Source: Opitutaceae bacterium
GTDB taxonomy: Bacteria; Verrucomicrobiota; Verrucomicrobiia; Opitutales; Opitutaceae
Assembly: GCA_027310745.1 (NCBI GenBank)
Contig: DAIDAF010000013.1
Coordinates: 36,460-100,459 of the forward strand
Length of the DNA stretch: 64,000 bases
Direction of reading: 5' to 3'
Shown: one piece after another, positions 37,856 through 46,975 of the stretch
Position numbering within the stretch: the stretch's first letter is position 1
How the letters are laid out: each line of letters begins with the position of its first letter
Translations under genes and position numbers: made by a program
The notes under the pieces: generated by a model
Database searches by the model: none
Told to the model about the DNA's origin: nothing
Seen by the model: the letters and a program-made list of their open reading frames with translations, nothing else

Positions 37856-39076
37856 ATGTCCGATCTCCCGCAGACCTACGACCGCTCCACCTGGGAGCGC
37901 CCCTGGGCGCAGTTGAAGTTCTATACCTTTCAACCCGCAGTCTTCCCGCGCATGCTCGGCGAGGTGTCGCAGGGGGCGAAGCCTGGCGACTGGGTGAGCG
38001 TCTATGACAAGGCCGGGAAACGGGTGGGGGCGGGACTCTACAATCCGCGCGCCAAGATCCCGCTGCGCGTCGTCTGCCACTCCACGGAGCCGGTCGACGA
38101 GTCCTATTTCGAACAGGCGATCCGCCGTGCCGTCGCGCTTCGACGGGACATCCTGGGTCTCGACCAGGCGACGGATGCCTACCGGCTGATCAACTCCGAC
38201 GGCGACGGTCTGAGCGGACTCACAATCGACCGGTATGGCGACGTGCTGTTTTGCGACGTGTACAGCCTGGGCATTTTCCAGCGCCTGCCGTCTTGGCTGC
38301 CGCTGTTGCACGAACTCGCGGGAACCCGGCATGCGCACATCCACGTGGACCACGACCTGGGAAGCCTCGAGGGTATGAAGCCCTCGCTGGTGAAGGAAAT
38401 CGTGGCGTCGGCGCCCCCGAAGGTCCGGGTGCACGAGCATGAGGTCCGGTACGAAGTGGACTTTGTTGCCGGACACAAGACGGGGTTTTTCTGCGACCAG
38501 CGCGACAACCGTCATCGGTTCGCCGGGTTCGTGAAGGGCCTTCGCGTGCTGGACTTGTGCTGCTACACGGGAGGATTCGCGATCGCCGCGGCCCAGAAGG
38601 GCGGCGCCCAGGAAGTGACCGGCGTGGATCTCGACGAGAAGGCAATCGCACAGGCCCGCCGCAATGCGAACCTGAACCAGATCCCGCCCGCGCGCCTGCG
38701 CTGGGTGCATGCTGACGCATTTGCCTACGCGCGCCAGATGCAAAAAAACGGCGAGCAATGGGATGCGGTGCTCCTGGATCCGCCGAAGTTTGTGCTCACG
38801 CGCGAACCCGAGGGTTCGGCGGAGGGACGTCGGAAGTACGAGGATCTCAATCAGCTCGCCATCAGCCTCGTGAAGCCGGGCGGCGTGTTCGTCACCTGCT
38901 CCTGCTCCGGACTGGTCTCACTCGAGGACTTCGAGGGGCACGTGATCAAGGCTGCCCATCGGCTGAACAGGCGGCTCCAGATCATCGACCGCACGGGAGC
39001 GGGCGGCGACCACCCGGTGTATTCGAACTGTCTCGACAGCCGCTACCTGAAGGTCCTCTGGACGCGCGTGGTCTGA
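37856..39076 (+). CDS. rlmI: 23S rRNA (cytosine-C5)-methyltransferase RlmI-like (PUA + class I MTase)
   Basis: ORF trimmed to the ATG at 37856. DLCCYTGGFAIAAA and LDPPKF motifs. About 406 aa. Confidence 0.8.
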   Translation: MSDLPQTYDRSTWERPWAQLKFYTFQPAVFPRMLGEVSQGAKPGDWVSVYDKAGKRVGAGLYNPRAKIPLRVVCHSTEPVDESYFEQAIRRAVALRRDILGLDQATDAYRLINSDGDGLSGLTIDRYGDVLFCDVYSLGIFQRLPSWLPLLHELAGTRHAHIHVDHDLGSLEGMKPSLVKEIVASAPPKVRVHEHEVRYEVDFVAGHKTGFFCDQRDNRHRFAGFVKGLRVLDLCCYTGGFAIAAAQKGGAQEVTGVDLDEKAIAQARRNANLNQIPPARLRWVHADAFAYARQMQKNGEQWDAVLLDPPKFVLTREPEGSAEGRRKYEDLNQLAISLVKPGGVFVTCSCSGLVSLEDFEGHVIKAAHRLNRRLQIIDRTGAGGDHPVYSNCLDSRYLKVLWTRVV

Positions 39077-39092
39077 CGCGCCCGTTCGGCGG

Positions 39093-40022
39093 TCACCGCG
39101 TGCCGGACGCAAGCAGAGTCTCGAAGAATGGCTCCGTCGTCTCGCGGGCGACCGTGGTGACGTCGACCTTCTGGAAACCGGCCTTCTTCAGGAATCCGTG
39201 GAGGGCGCTTTCGCGAAATCCGAGCCAGACGTCGGCGTAGAGTTCGCGGGCCCGCTCGAAATCGTGCTCCTTGAGGTCGAGCACGAGCAGTTCGCCGCCG
39301 GGTTTGAGAATGCGGTGGGCTTCCTGGACTGCCTTCTGCGGATGTTGGGCGTGGTGCAGGGCCTGGCTGAGAATGGCGAGGTCGACGGAGCGGTCGGGAA
39401 GGGGCACGGCCTCGATGTCGCCCAGCTTGTACGTGAGGTTCGCGAGGCCGTTCTTGCGGGCCAGCTCGGTGCCGACCTCGACCATGCGCTGTGAATTGTC
39501 GATGCACCAGACCTGTTCGGCCCGGCGCGCGAGCAGTTGGGATACGAGTCCCTCGCCCGCGCCGAGGTCGGCCACGGTGATGCGGGGGACCAGGCGGAGC
39601 GCGAGGTGCCCGATCGCCTCCCAGGAGCGCCCGGGGCAGTAGCCGCGTCCGAGCTTGCCCGCGATGAGATTGAAATATTCCTCCGACTGTCGCCGGCGTT
39701 TCAGGAGGATGCGCGCCAGATTTTCGGCGTCCTCGGCGACTTCCGGTAGATCCGCGACGGAGTCGACCGCCGCGCTCACGAGGGAACGCACCCGCTCGGG
39801 CAGGTCTTCGCGAAGCGAATAGAATGCCTTTTTCCCCTCGCGACGGTCGTGCACGATGCCCGCCTGGCGGAGCACCGCGAGCTGGGATGAAATGCGCGAC
39901 TGGGCCATCGACAGGATTTCCTGCAGCTCGGCCACCGACAGCTCCTCGCGGGAGAGCAGCACGAGCAGGCGCAGGCGGGTGGGGTCGGAGAGGCTCTTCA
40001 GGATGTCCCAGGATGCGTTCAC
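39093..40022 (-). CDS. ArsR/SmtB-family HTH fused to a class I SAM-dependent methyltransferase
   Basis: The likely start is the GTG at 40022 (VNASWDILKSLSDPTRLRLLVLL). ELSVAELQEIL...SQLAVLRQAGIV forms the wHTH. ADLGAGEGL and LKPGGELLVLD are methyltransferase motifs. Confidence 0.8.
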   Translation of the reverse strand: MNASWDILKSLSDPTRLRLLVLLSREELSVAELQEILSMAQSRISSQLAVLRQAGIVHDRREGKKAFYSLREDLPERVRSLVSAAVDSVADLPEVAEDAENLARILLKRRRQSEEYFNLIAGKLGRGYCPGRSWEAIGHLALRLVPRITVADLGAGEGLVSQLLARRAEQVWCIDNSQRMVEVGTELARKNGLANLTYKLGDIEAVPLPDRSVDLAILSQALHHAQHPQKAVQEAHRILKPGGELLVLDLKEHDFERARELYADVWLGFRESALHGFLKKAGFQKVDVTTVARETTEPFFETLLASGTR

Positions 40023-40089
40023 GCGTTTAGGCCGAGGAAACAGGCGAACCCGGTAAGGACAACTCCGGAGTGGGGCGGCCCGGCCGGGG

Positions 40090-40725
40090 TCAACCGATTC
40101 GGACGATCCCGGCTCCGAGCTGATACAGGCCGAAGAGCAGGAGCAGAGCGCCCGTGGCGATATTGATTGTCCGGAGCAGCTTCGTGTTGAGTTTTCGACC
40201 AAACCAGCCCGCAAAGAAACTCAGCACGAACCACCAGGCGGTCGAGCCCAGGAAGACTCCTGAAACCAGCCAGGCCGGCTCGACCCAGCCTTCGGTTTTC
40301 AGGGCTACGCCAAAGGCGGTGAAGATGCCCAGCAGAGAGAAGATGGTGACCGGATTGGCGTAGGTCAGCGCGATCGTGGAGAGGAATGCCCGCGTGAAGT
40401 TTGGCGCATGGATCGGGCCCACGGATTGGGTGGACTTTGTCGGCGGTTTGACCCGCATCGCTGCGAGTCCCATGCCGACGAGGATCACCCCTCCCGCAAA
40501 TTCAAAGGCGGTGCGGTGGCCGAGCAGGAAGTCGATGATCGGTTTGACGCCGAAGGCCGCGACCACCGCCATGGTGGCGTCGGCGACGGCCGCACCCAAT
40601 CCGGTGATGAAGCCGACCAGCCTCCCGTCTGCAATGGACCTTCGGATACACAGGAGCCCCACCGGGCCGATGGGGGCTGCGATGGCAAACCCGATCACGA
40701 AGCCTTTGAGCAGAAGCAGGATCAT
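40090..40725 (-). CDS. LysE/RhtB-family amino-acid exporter
   Basis: 211 aa with 6 TM segments and an N-terminal GFAIAAPIGPVGLLCIRR motif. Confidence 0.85.
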   Translation of the reverse strand: MILLLLKGFVIGFAIAAPIGPVGLLCIRRSIADGRLVGFITGLGAAVADATMAVVAAFGVKPIIDFLLGHRTAFEFAGGVILVGMGLAAMRVKPPTKSTQSVGPIHAPNFTRAFLSTIALTYANPVTIFSLLGIFTAFGVALKTEGWVEPAWLVSGVFLGSTAWWFVLSFFAGWFGRKLNTKLLRTINIATGALLLLFGLYQLGAGIVRIG

Positions 40726-40849
40726 CCTGGGCGGCAGGGAGACGGGATTGGACGGTGGGCGGAATAAAGACGTGACCGGAGAACGGGCGGCGCAGATCCC
40801 CGGCGTTCCAAAGACGAAGGGCGCGGTTTGGATGCCACGCCCTGCAGGA

Positions 40850-42700
40850 TCAGGCCTGTTGGTCGGCGTAGCGTGAAATCGTCGCGATCTGGTACGATTC
40901 CTCGGTGTTTCCGCTGCGCACGATCACCCGGTCGCCGGTCTTCTTCCCGAGCAGGCTCTGGCCGAAGGGCGTCTTGTACGAGATGATGTGCTGCGCCGGA
41001 TCACTGTCCCAGGCGCCGAGGATCGTGTAGGAGACCGTGGCGCCGGCGTCGTTACGCACGACGACCACGCTGCCGATGCCGACCTGGTCGGTCGCCGTGT
41101 CCTTGAAGTCGGTCATGCGTGCGTGGGAGAGCTCGCGCTCGAGATTGGCCTTTTGCGCCATGAGGACCTGCTGGTCCTGCTTGGCCATCTTGTACTCGGA
41201 GTTCTCCCGGAGGTCGCCGTGCTCGCGGGCGACCGCGATGGCCTTCGAGTTCTCGGGAATCTTCTTCGTGATGATGAGGTCGTACTCGGCCCGCTTGCGT
41301 TCGTAGCTGGGGCGGGAGACCACGAGCTGCTCCTCGCGGCTCTCGGCCTCGCCGGCGACGAGAGACTGGATGGAGGGGAAGATCTTGATGAAGCGCGCGA
41401 GCAGCGACTTCTTGGTGAGCTCCTCGAAGCCCTGGTTCAGCATGAGCGCATTCGCGAGGTCGCGCGCCGTTTCGGCGTCGGCCGTGGCGAGGAGATCGGG
41501 AATGAGTTCGTGATCGTCGCTGAGGACGTCCGCGAGCGGGATGCGGCGGGCGCTGGCGGCCTGGAGGGCCTCGTAATCGATTGCAAAGAAGATCGCGCTC
41601 AGCAGGCGCGGAGTGATGAGCTCCTGCACCAGTTTTGCGAATTTCTTCGACGAACGGTTCTTCACGATCCAGAGGAGCACCGGGGCGCGCAGGTTCTGCT
41701 CCGTCTGCCAGCGCTGGAGCGTGGCGGCGAGCTCGGCAGAGCAACCGTCCTCGACGAGGAAGTTGATCACCTCGGTCGTGAACTTGCCCTGGGAGGTCTT
41801 CAGCAGGGAGAAAAGGAGGTCGCGGTATTCGATCGGGTGCGCCTGACGGATCAGGTCGAGGAAGCGGCGCTGGAACTGGACGGGGATCTTTTCGGCGATC
41901 GCCGGCAGGGCGTGGGCATCGGCGACCAGGGCGGTCTGCGAGGGCTCGAGCGTGGCGGGGTCGGTCTCAAGGGCCTTGGCCAGCTGGTCGCGAACATACG
42001 CGCCGTAAACGCGTTCTGCGGCGTCAATCTGATTGCTGTCCTTCACTGCGTCGGCAACGCCCTTGAGGACGCTGCTGTAATCGGGAGCGAGAATCTCCTT
42101 CTTTGCGATCGAGGGAAGCAGCTGCTCGGCGATGAGGATGCGGCGGCGGGCGGAGCGGGTGGAGTTGAACTGCTCGAGCAGTTCGCTCTCGGCCGACACG
42201 GGCTCATCGCGCAGGACGTAGCACTCGGTCTTCTTTTCGGGAACGGAAATACGCGGGTCCTTCGCGATGGCCTTCTTGGCCGAGGACCACCACTTCTTGA
42301 ATTTGTCCTCGCCGATGACCTGGGCGAGGGTGATCTCGAGGTCGATCGCGGTGGTGGCGTTGTTAGGATACGATTGGAGTGCGTCGACGACGAGCTGGGC
42401 CGGGTCCTCGGCGATCAATTTGCTGATTCGCTCGGGCTGCGTCTCCTTGAGCACCAAGAGGTGCCCGTTCGGGAGCACGTCCATCGTGGTGGCGCAGAAG
42501 GCGGGGTCCATCGGGTGATCCTTCTTGCCGACGAAATCGATGATCAGACGCTGCGCGCCTTCGTTGTAGGCCTTGATTTGGCCGAACCCCCAGCTCTTGT
42601 GCATCACATAAGCGCCAGGGATCATGGCCTCGAGTTTGGCTTTGGATGTCTTGAGCGACGGATTTTTGGCGATGAGCGCGGAGACGGCTTCAGAATTCAT
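40850..42700 (-). CDS. greA: Long GreA-family transcript-cleavage factor with a ~450-aa N-terminal extension (CarD-like module)
   Basis: ORF trimmed to the ATG at 42700 (617 aa). The C-terminal ~160 aa carries REHGDLRENSEYKMAKQDQ (GreA coiled-coil tip) and the GreA C-terminal domain. The N-terminus SWGFGQIKAYNEGAQRLIIDF resembles the CarD/TRCF RNAP-interaction domain. Confidence 0.8.
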   Translation of the reverse strand: MNSEAVSALIAKNPSLKTSKAKLEAMIPGAYVMHKSWGFGQIKAYNEGAQRLIIDFVGKKDHPMDPAFCATTMDVLPNGHLLVLKETQPERISKLIAEDPAQLVVDALQSYPNNATTAIDLEITLAQVIGEDKFKKWWSSAKKAIAKDPRISVPEKKTECYVLRDEPVSAESELLEQFNSTRSARRRILIAEQLLPSIAKKEILAPDYSSVLKGVADAVKDSNQIDAAERVYGAYVRDQLAKALETDPATLEPSQTALVADAHALPAIAEKIPVQFQRRFLDLIRQAHPIEYRDLLFSLLKTSQGKFTTEVINFLVEDGCSAELAATLQRWQTEQNLRAPVLLWIVKNRSSKKFAKLVQELITPRLLSAIFFAIDYEALQAASARRIPLADVLSDDHELIPDLLATADAETARDLANALMLNQGFEELTKKSLLARFIKIFPSIQSLVAGEAESREEQLVVSRPSYERKRAEYDLIITKKIPENSKAIAVAREHGDLRENSEYKMAKQDQQVLMAQKANLERELSHARMTDFKDTATDQVGIGSVVVVRNDAGATVSYTILGAWDSDPAQHIISYKTPFGQSLLGKKTGDRVIVRSGNTEESYQIATISRYADQQA

Positions 42701-42780
42701 GGTTGCGATATGATGGGCCAGAAACGACAAGTTGAGCGGATAATGCCGAACCTTGTCAAACTGAGTATGAAGCCCGCCGC

Positions 42781-44103
42781 ATGAGCCCAAACGCACGACC
42801 CATGGTGTCGCGCCCTCCGTCCGCCTGGACGATTGCGGCGGACCGGATACGTCGCTGGCTCGAACAGCAAAACCGTGTGGACGAACTCATGGACCGGCTG
42901 CCTCCGGGGCTTGCGGGAGCGGAACGCGCCCGGGTTCAGCATCTTGTCTATGGAGTAATCCGGCACCACCTTCGTCTGGAGCGACTCCTTCGGCGGCGGG
43001 TGACCAAGCGGCCGCGCGATGTCGTGATGGCGGTGCTGTTGGTCGGCGGATTCGAGTTGATCGAGGGGCAGCGCGACGAAGCGGACCCCGTGGGTGTTTG
43101 CGCCCGGGTCGTGCATCACGCCGTGGATCAGTCGAAACGCCTGATCGCCCCCTCGGAATCAGGTTTGGTGAACGCCGTCCTGCGCCGCCTCTCCGAAGAC
43201 CTGGCGGCCGAGCCTGTGCCGGCGCTCCTGGCGCCCTCGCATCGGCTGGCCGAATATTTCTCGCATCCCGAGTGGCTCGTCCGTCGCTGGCAGGCGGGTT
43301 TTGGAGCCGCCGCCACCCGAAAGCTTCTTGAATGGAATCAGATGCCCGGACAGGTGACGGTTCGCTGGAGGCCTGCGGGCGCCGAGGGGCTTCCCGACTG
43401 GCTCAAAGCGACTCCGTGGGAGGGATTTTATGTGCCCGAGTCGGGCCATTGGGCCGAGATCGAGACGCTGATTGGCGAGGGCCGCCTCTATGTGCAGGAC
43501 CCTTCGACTCGGCTGCCGGTTGGACTGCTTGATCCGAAGCCAGGCGAGGTGGTGCTGGATCTGTGCGCGGCGCCCGGCGGCAAGAGCGTCATGATCGCCG
43601 ATCGCATGGGCAGCGGCAGGATTGTCGCGGTGGACCTTCCCGGCGAACGCCAAGAGCGGCTGGTGGAGAATCTGGGCCGCGTGCGGGGAGTGGAGTGCAC
43701 GGTCTTGTCCGCCGATCTTGGCGAGGGCCTGTCGGCATTGCTGTCCGATCGCGGGCTGCCGCAACTTTACGCCGCGGTGCTGATTGACGTGCCCTGTTCG
43801 AATACCGGCGTCATGCGGCATCGGGTGGACGTCAAGGAGCGCCTTGAGGAGTCCGACCTCGCCAAACACGCCAGGAATCAGCTCCGCCTGCTCGAGGCCG
43901 CTGCGGCACGTGTCGAGATTGGAGGCCGCCTCGTATATTCGACGTGCAGCATCGACCGCGATGAGAACGAAGGCGTGATCGAACAATTCTTGAAAAAGCG
44001 GGGCACTGAGTTCGTCCGGGAAGACTCGGCGGTGAGTCTCCCCTGGGAGACCGGGCATGACGGTGCCGCCGCGTTTCGTCTGCGCCGCGTCCGGGCGGCG
44101 TGA
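42781..44103 (+). CDS. rsmB: 16S rRNA (cytosine967-C5)-methyltransferase RsmB
   Basis: 440 aa. NusB-like N-terminus. CAAPGGKS, DVPCSNTG and YSTCSI motifs. Confidence 0.88.
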   Translation: MSPNARPMVSRPPSAWTIAADRIRRWLEQQNRVDELMDRLPPGLAGAERARVQHLVYGVIRHHLRLERLLRRRVTKRPRDVVMAVLLVGGFELIEGQRDEADPVGVCARVVHHAVDQSKRLIAPSESGLVNAVLRRLSEDLAAEPVPALLAPSHRLAEYFSHPEWLVRRWQAGFGAAATRKLLEWNQMPGQVTVRWRPAGAEGLPDWLKATPWEGFYVPESGHWAEIETLIGEGRLYVQDPSTRLPVGLLDPKPGEVVLDLCAAPGGKSVMIADRMGSGRIVAVDLPGERQERLVENLGRVRGVECTVLSADLGEGLSALLSDRGLPQLYAAVLIDVPCSNTGVMRHRVDVKERLEESDLAKHARNQLRLLEAAAARVEIGGRLVYSTCSIDRDENEGVIEQFLKKRGTEFVREDSAVSLPWETGHDGAAAFRLRRVRAA

Positions 44104-44126
44104 TCGGATGAACCCAAAAACCAAAA

Positions 44127-44270
44127 TTGAACCACAGAGACACAGCGATCACAGAGCCCGAACTCAAAGCAAGGGACGGAATCGGCGCTCACCTCGGTGG
44201 TGAAAGAGATTCGATATATAACTTCCGCATAACTGCATTTCTCCGTGTTCTCTGTGTCTCCGTGGTTCAA
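44127..44270. repeat. Inverted-repeat element B (30-bp imperfect terminal inverted repeats flanking an 84-bp core)
   Basis: Left arm 44127-44156 is ttgaaccacagagacacagcgatcacagag. It matches the reverse complement of 44241-44270 at 26 of 30 positions. The core contains CTCACC-tcggt-GGTGAA (44188-44204), nested in a GAATC/GATTC outer stem. Confidence 0.8.
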
Positions 44271-44293
44271 ATCCAAGTGCCTCATATAGGATG

Positions 44294-44321
44294 AAAAAGC
44301 CCGGCTGGTGAGCCGGGCTTT
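44294..44321 (-). terminator. Rho-independent terminator of cysK
   Basis: Stem aaagcccggct / agccgggcttt with a 4-nt loop. On the minus strand it is followed by TTTTT. Confidence 0.85.
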
Positions 44322-44349
44322 GTGGCAAGGGGATCGTTTTGACGACCGA

Positions 44350-45327
44350 TTACTTGGCGGCCGGGATAAGGTCGTCCACGGAGTCGCTCTCGGTATTGAT
44401 GTCCGCGAAGAGCCAGGTCGACAGATAGCGTTCGGCGCTGGAGGGGATGATCGCGACAATCAGCTTGCCGGCGTTCTCCGGGCGCTTGGCGAGCTCAAGG
44501 GCGGCCCAGATGGCGGCGCCCGACGAGATGCCGACCGGAATGCCGTCCTGCACGGTGACCTGTTTGGAGATGGGGGCGGAGTCGGCCTCCTTCACGCGGA
44601 TCACTTCGTCGTACACCTTCGTATTCAAGACCGGCGGGATGAATCCTGCGCCGAGGCCTTGAAGCTTGTGCGGTCCGGGCTGCCCCCCTGAGAGGATCGG
44701 CGAGCCATCGGGTTCGACGGCGACGATCTTCACGCCGGGCTTGCGCTCCTTGAGGACTTCGCCGACGCCGGTGATGGTGCCACCGGTGCCGATGCCGGAC
44801 ACGACGATGTCGACCTTGCCGTCGGTATCGCGCCAGATCTCTTCCGCAGTCGTGCGGCGGTGGATGGCGGGATTCGAGGGATTGGCGAATTGCTGGAGGA
44901 TGGCGCTGTTCGGGATCTTGGCGGCGAGCTCCTCGGCCTTGGCGATCGCGCCCTTCATTCCCTTGGGTCCTTCGGTCAGGACCAGGCGTGCACCGAGGAC
45001 CTTCAGGAGCTTGCGGCGCTCCATGCTCATGGTCTCCGGCATCGTGAGGACCAGCTTGAGGCCCCGGGCGGCAGCCACGAACGCGAGGGCGATGCCCGTA
45101 TTGCCTGAGGTCGGCTCGATGAGGACGGTGTCCTTGTTGATACGCCCGGACTTGAGCGCGTCGTCGATCATCGCAAAGCCGATGCGGTCCTTCACGCTCG
45201 AGAGGGGATTGAAGAACTCGAGCTTGAGGACGACGTCGGCGAGCGCGCCGTGTTCCTTGGCCGTGCGATTGAGGCGCACGAGCGGGGTATTGCCGATGGT
45301 TTCAGTGATGTCGTTATGGATCTTCAT
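44350..45327 (-). CDS. cysK: Cysteine synthase A (O-acetylserine sulfhydrylase)
   Basis: 325 aa. [22 protein letters not shown] (PLP lysine) and [10 protein letters not shown] motifs. Confidence 0.93.
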   Translation of the reverse strand: MKIHNDITETIGNTPLVRLNRTAKEHGALADVVLKLEFFNPLSSVKDRIGFAMIDDALKSGRINKDTVLIEPTSGNTGIALAFVAAARGLKLVLTMPETMSMERRKLLKVLGARLVLTEGPKGMKGAIAKAEELAAKIPNSAILQQFANPSNPAIHRRTTAEEIWRDTDGKVDIVVSGIGTGGTITGVGEVLKERKPGVKIVAVEPDGSPILSGGQPGPHKLQGLGAGFIPPVLNTKVYDEVIRVKEADSAPISKQVTVQDGIPVGISSGAAIWAALELAKRPENAGKLIVAIIPSSAERYLSTWLFADINTESDSVDDLIPAAK

Positions 45328-45398
45328 GGGTTTTCGAGTGGGATGTGGTTGTTCTCTTTGTTTGGTTGCTAGCTTCAGTTACGGGAAAGGGGTCGGAC

Positions 45399-46166
45399 TC
45401 AGGCCTTCTCGGTCCCCCACCGGCGGTGGAGGAAGCGCTCCCAGGGAGAAAAGAGGATTTTGTCCGCGAGCAGGCCGATCACGATGATCACGAGCATGAT
45501 TCCGATCACCTGCTCCATCGCATTGAGCTCGCGTCCATAGTGCAGCAGGTGACCCAGGCCGAAGCCGCTGAGGATAGTGACATAGATTTCGGCCGCCATC
45601 AGCGAGCGCCAGGCGAAGGCCCAGCCCTGCTTCATGCCGGACACCACGAACGGGAGCGAGGCGGGCAGCATGACGTGGGTCCAGGTGTGGAGTCCGCTCG
45701 ACCCCATGGTCCGTGCGGCTCGGGCGAAGATGGGGGGCACGTTGCGAACGCCGTTTTCGGTTGCGATGATCATCGACCAGAGCGTGCCCATCACGACGAC
45801 GAAGAACATCGCTGTCTCGGTCTGGCCGAACCAGAGGAGCGAAAGCGGCACCCAGCACACGCTGGGAAGCGTCTGGAGGCCGAGTGCAATGAGACCGAGC
45901 GTGTCGCCGATGACCCGGAAGCGCGCTGTCAGAAGCCCCAGGGGCAGGCCCAGCAGGATGCCGACGACGTAGCCGATCGACAACCGACGGAGGGTCACGA
46001 TCGTCGCACTGATGAGCGTGCCATCCAAAGTCGCGCTCTCGAGGTATCGGGCAACGCTGAGCGGAGAGGGCACGAGCACCGGCGACCAGATCCGGGCCAT
46101 GAAGATCGCCTGCCAGACGCCGATCATCAGGGCGAAGAAGAACAGGGCTCTGAGGAATCGTTTCAT
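45399..46166 (-). CDS. ABC transporter permease, NitT/TauT (sulfonate/taurine/nitrate) family
   Basis: ORF trimmed to the ATG at 46166 (MKRFLRALFFF). Six TM segments with an EAA-like loop. ATGA overlap with the upstream ATPase stop. Confidence 0.85.
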   Translation of the reverse strand: MKRFLRALFFFALMIGVWQAIFMARIWSPVLVPSPLSVARYLESATLDGTLISATIVTLRRLSIGYVVGILLGLPLGLLTARFRVIGDTLGLIALGLQTLPSVCWVPLSLLWFGQTETAMFFVVVMGTLWSMIIATENGVRNVPPIFARAARTMGSSGLHTWTHVMLPASLPFVVSGMKQGWAFAWRSLMAAEIYVTILSGFGLGHLLHYGRELNAMEQVIGIMLVIIVIGLLADKILFSPWERFLHRRWGTEKA

Positions 46167-46975
46167 TCGGCTACATCCCCGTTGGAGTTGGCGGTGTGTC
46201 GCTTCAGCGCGGTCATGATTTCCGAGGCGTAGGCGGCGAGGTTCACGCTGTTGATGTCCCGCGGGCGAGGGAGATCGATGTGATAGTGTTCGCGGATACG
46301 CCCGGGATGAGGGGAGAACAGGACCACACGATCGCCGAGGCAGACGGCCTCGCGGACGTTGTGGGTCACGAACACGATCGTCTTGCGGCGTTCGGCCCAG
46401 ATGCGCTGGAGGTCTCCGTACAATTGCTCGCGGGTCAGTGCGTCGAGCGCGGCGAAGGGTTCGTCCATCAGCAGCACCCTTGGGTTCGGCGCAAGGGCCC
46501 TGGCGAGAGCCACGCGCTGTTTCATCCCGCCAGAGAGTTCGTGGACGTAAGCGTGGCTGAACTTCTCCAAGCCGACCAGATTCAGGTAGAAGCGCGCGAC
46601 GTCGAGCCGTTCCGCGGTGGTGAGGCCGGGCTTGAGCCGGAGGCCGAAGAGCACGTTGCCCAGCACGTCGAGCCAAGGAAACAGCGCGGACTCCTGAAAC
46701 ATCACCATTCGGTCGCGACCGGGCGTGTTGACGCGATGGCCGTCGGACAGAACCTCGCCCTCGTCTGGCAATTCGAGCCCCGCGATCATGTTAAGCAGGG
46801 TAGATTTCCCGCATCCGGACGGTCCCACGAGACAGACGAACTCGCCCTCGCTGACTTCGAGCGACACATCGTCCAGCGCGTGCACCGCCCGACCTCTCGT
46901 GGAGAAGCGCTTCGAGATGCGCCGCACGGCGAGTTTGGAGGGGGATTCGTTCCGAAGTTCGGTTTCCAGGGTCAT
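46163..46975 (-). CDS. ABC transporter ATP-binding protein, NitT/TauT family
   Basis: ORF trimmed to the ATG at 46975. Walker A GPSGCGKST, LSGGMKQRVALARAL and LLMDEPFAALD motifs. ATGA overlap with the SBP stop. Confidence 0.9.
   Translation of the reverse strand: MTLETELRNESPSKLAVRRISKRFSTRGRAVHALDDVSLEVSEGEFVCLVGPSGCGKSTLLNMIAGLELPDEGEVLSDGHRVNTPGRDRMVMFQESALFPWLDVLGNVLFGLRLKPGLTTAERLDVARFYLNLVGLEKFSHAYVHELSGGMKQRVALARALAPNPRVLLMDEPFAALDALTREQLYGDLQRIWAERRKTIVFVTHNVREAVCLGDRVVLFSPHPGRIREHYHIDLPRPRDINSVNLAAYASEIMTALKRHTANSNGDVAE

Noticed and set aside
40988-42784. 598-aa plus-strand ORF
   Set aside because: It lies antisense to the long GreA-family gene. The translation is low-complexity and rich in G/L/R/E/D/V.
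44264-44274. tRNA T-loop-like GGTTCAAATCC inside the right arm of element B
   Set aside because: No acceptor stem, D-arm or anticodon arm can be drawn around it, and the T-stem pairs at only 3-4 bp. I treat it as part of the repeat and not as a tRNA or tRNA fragment.
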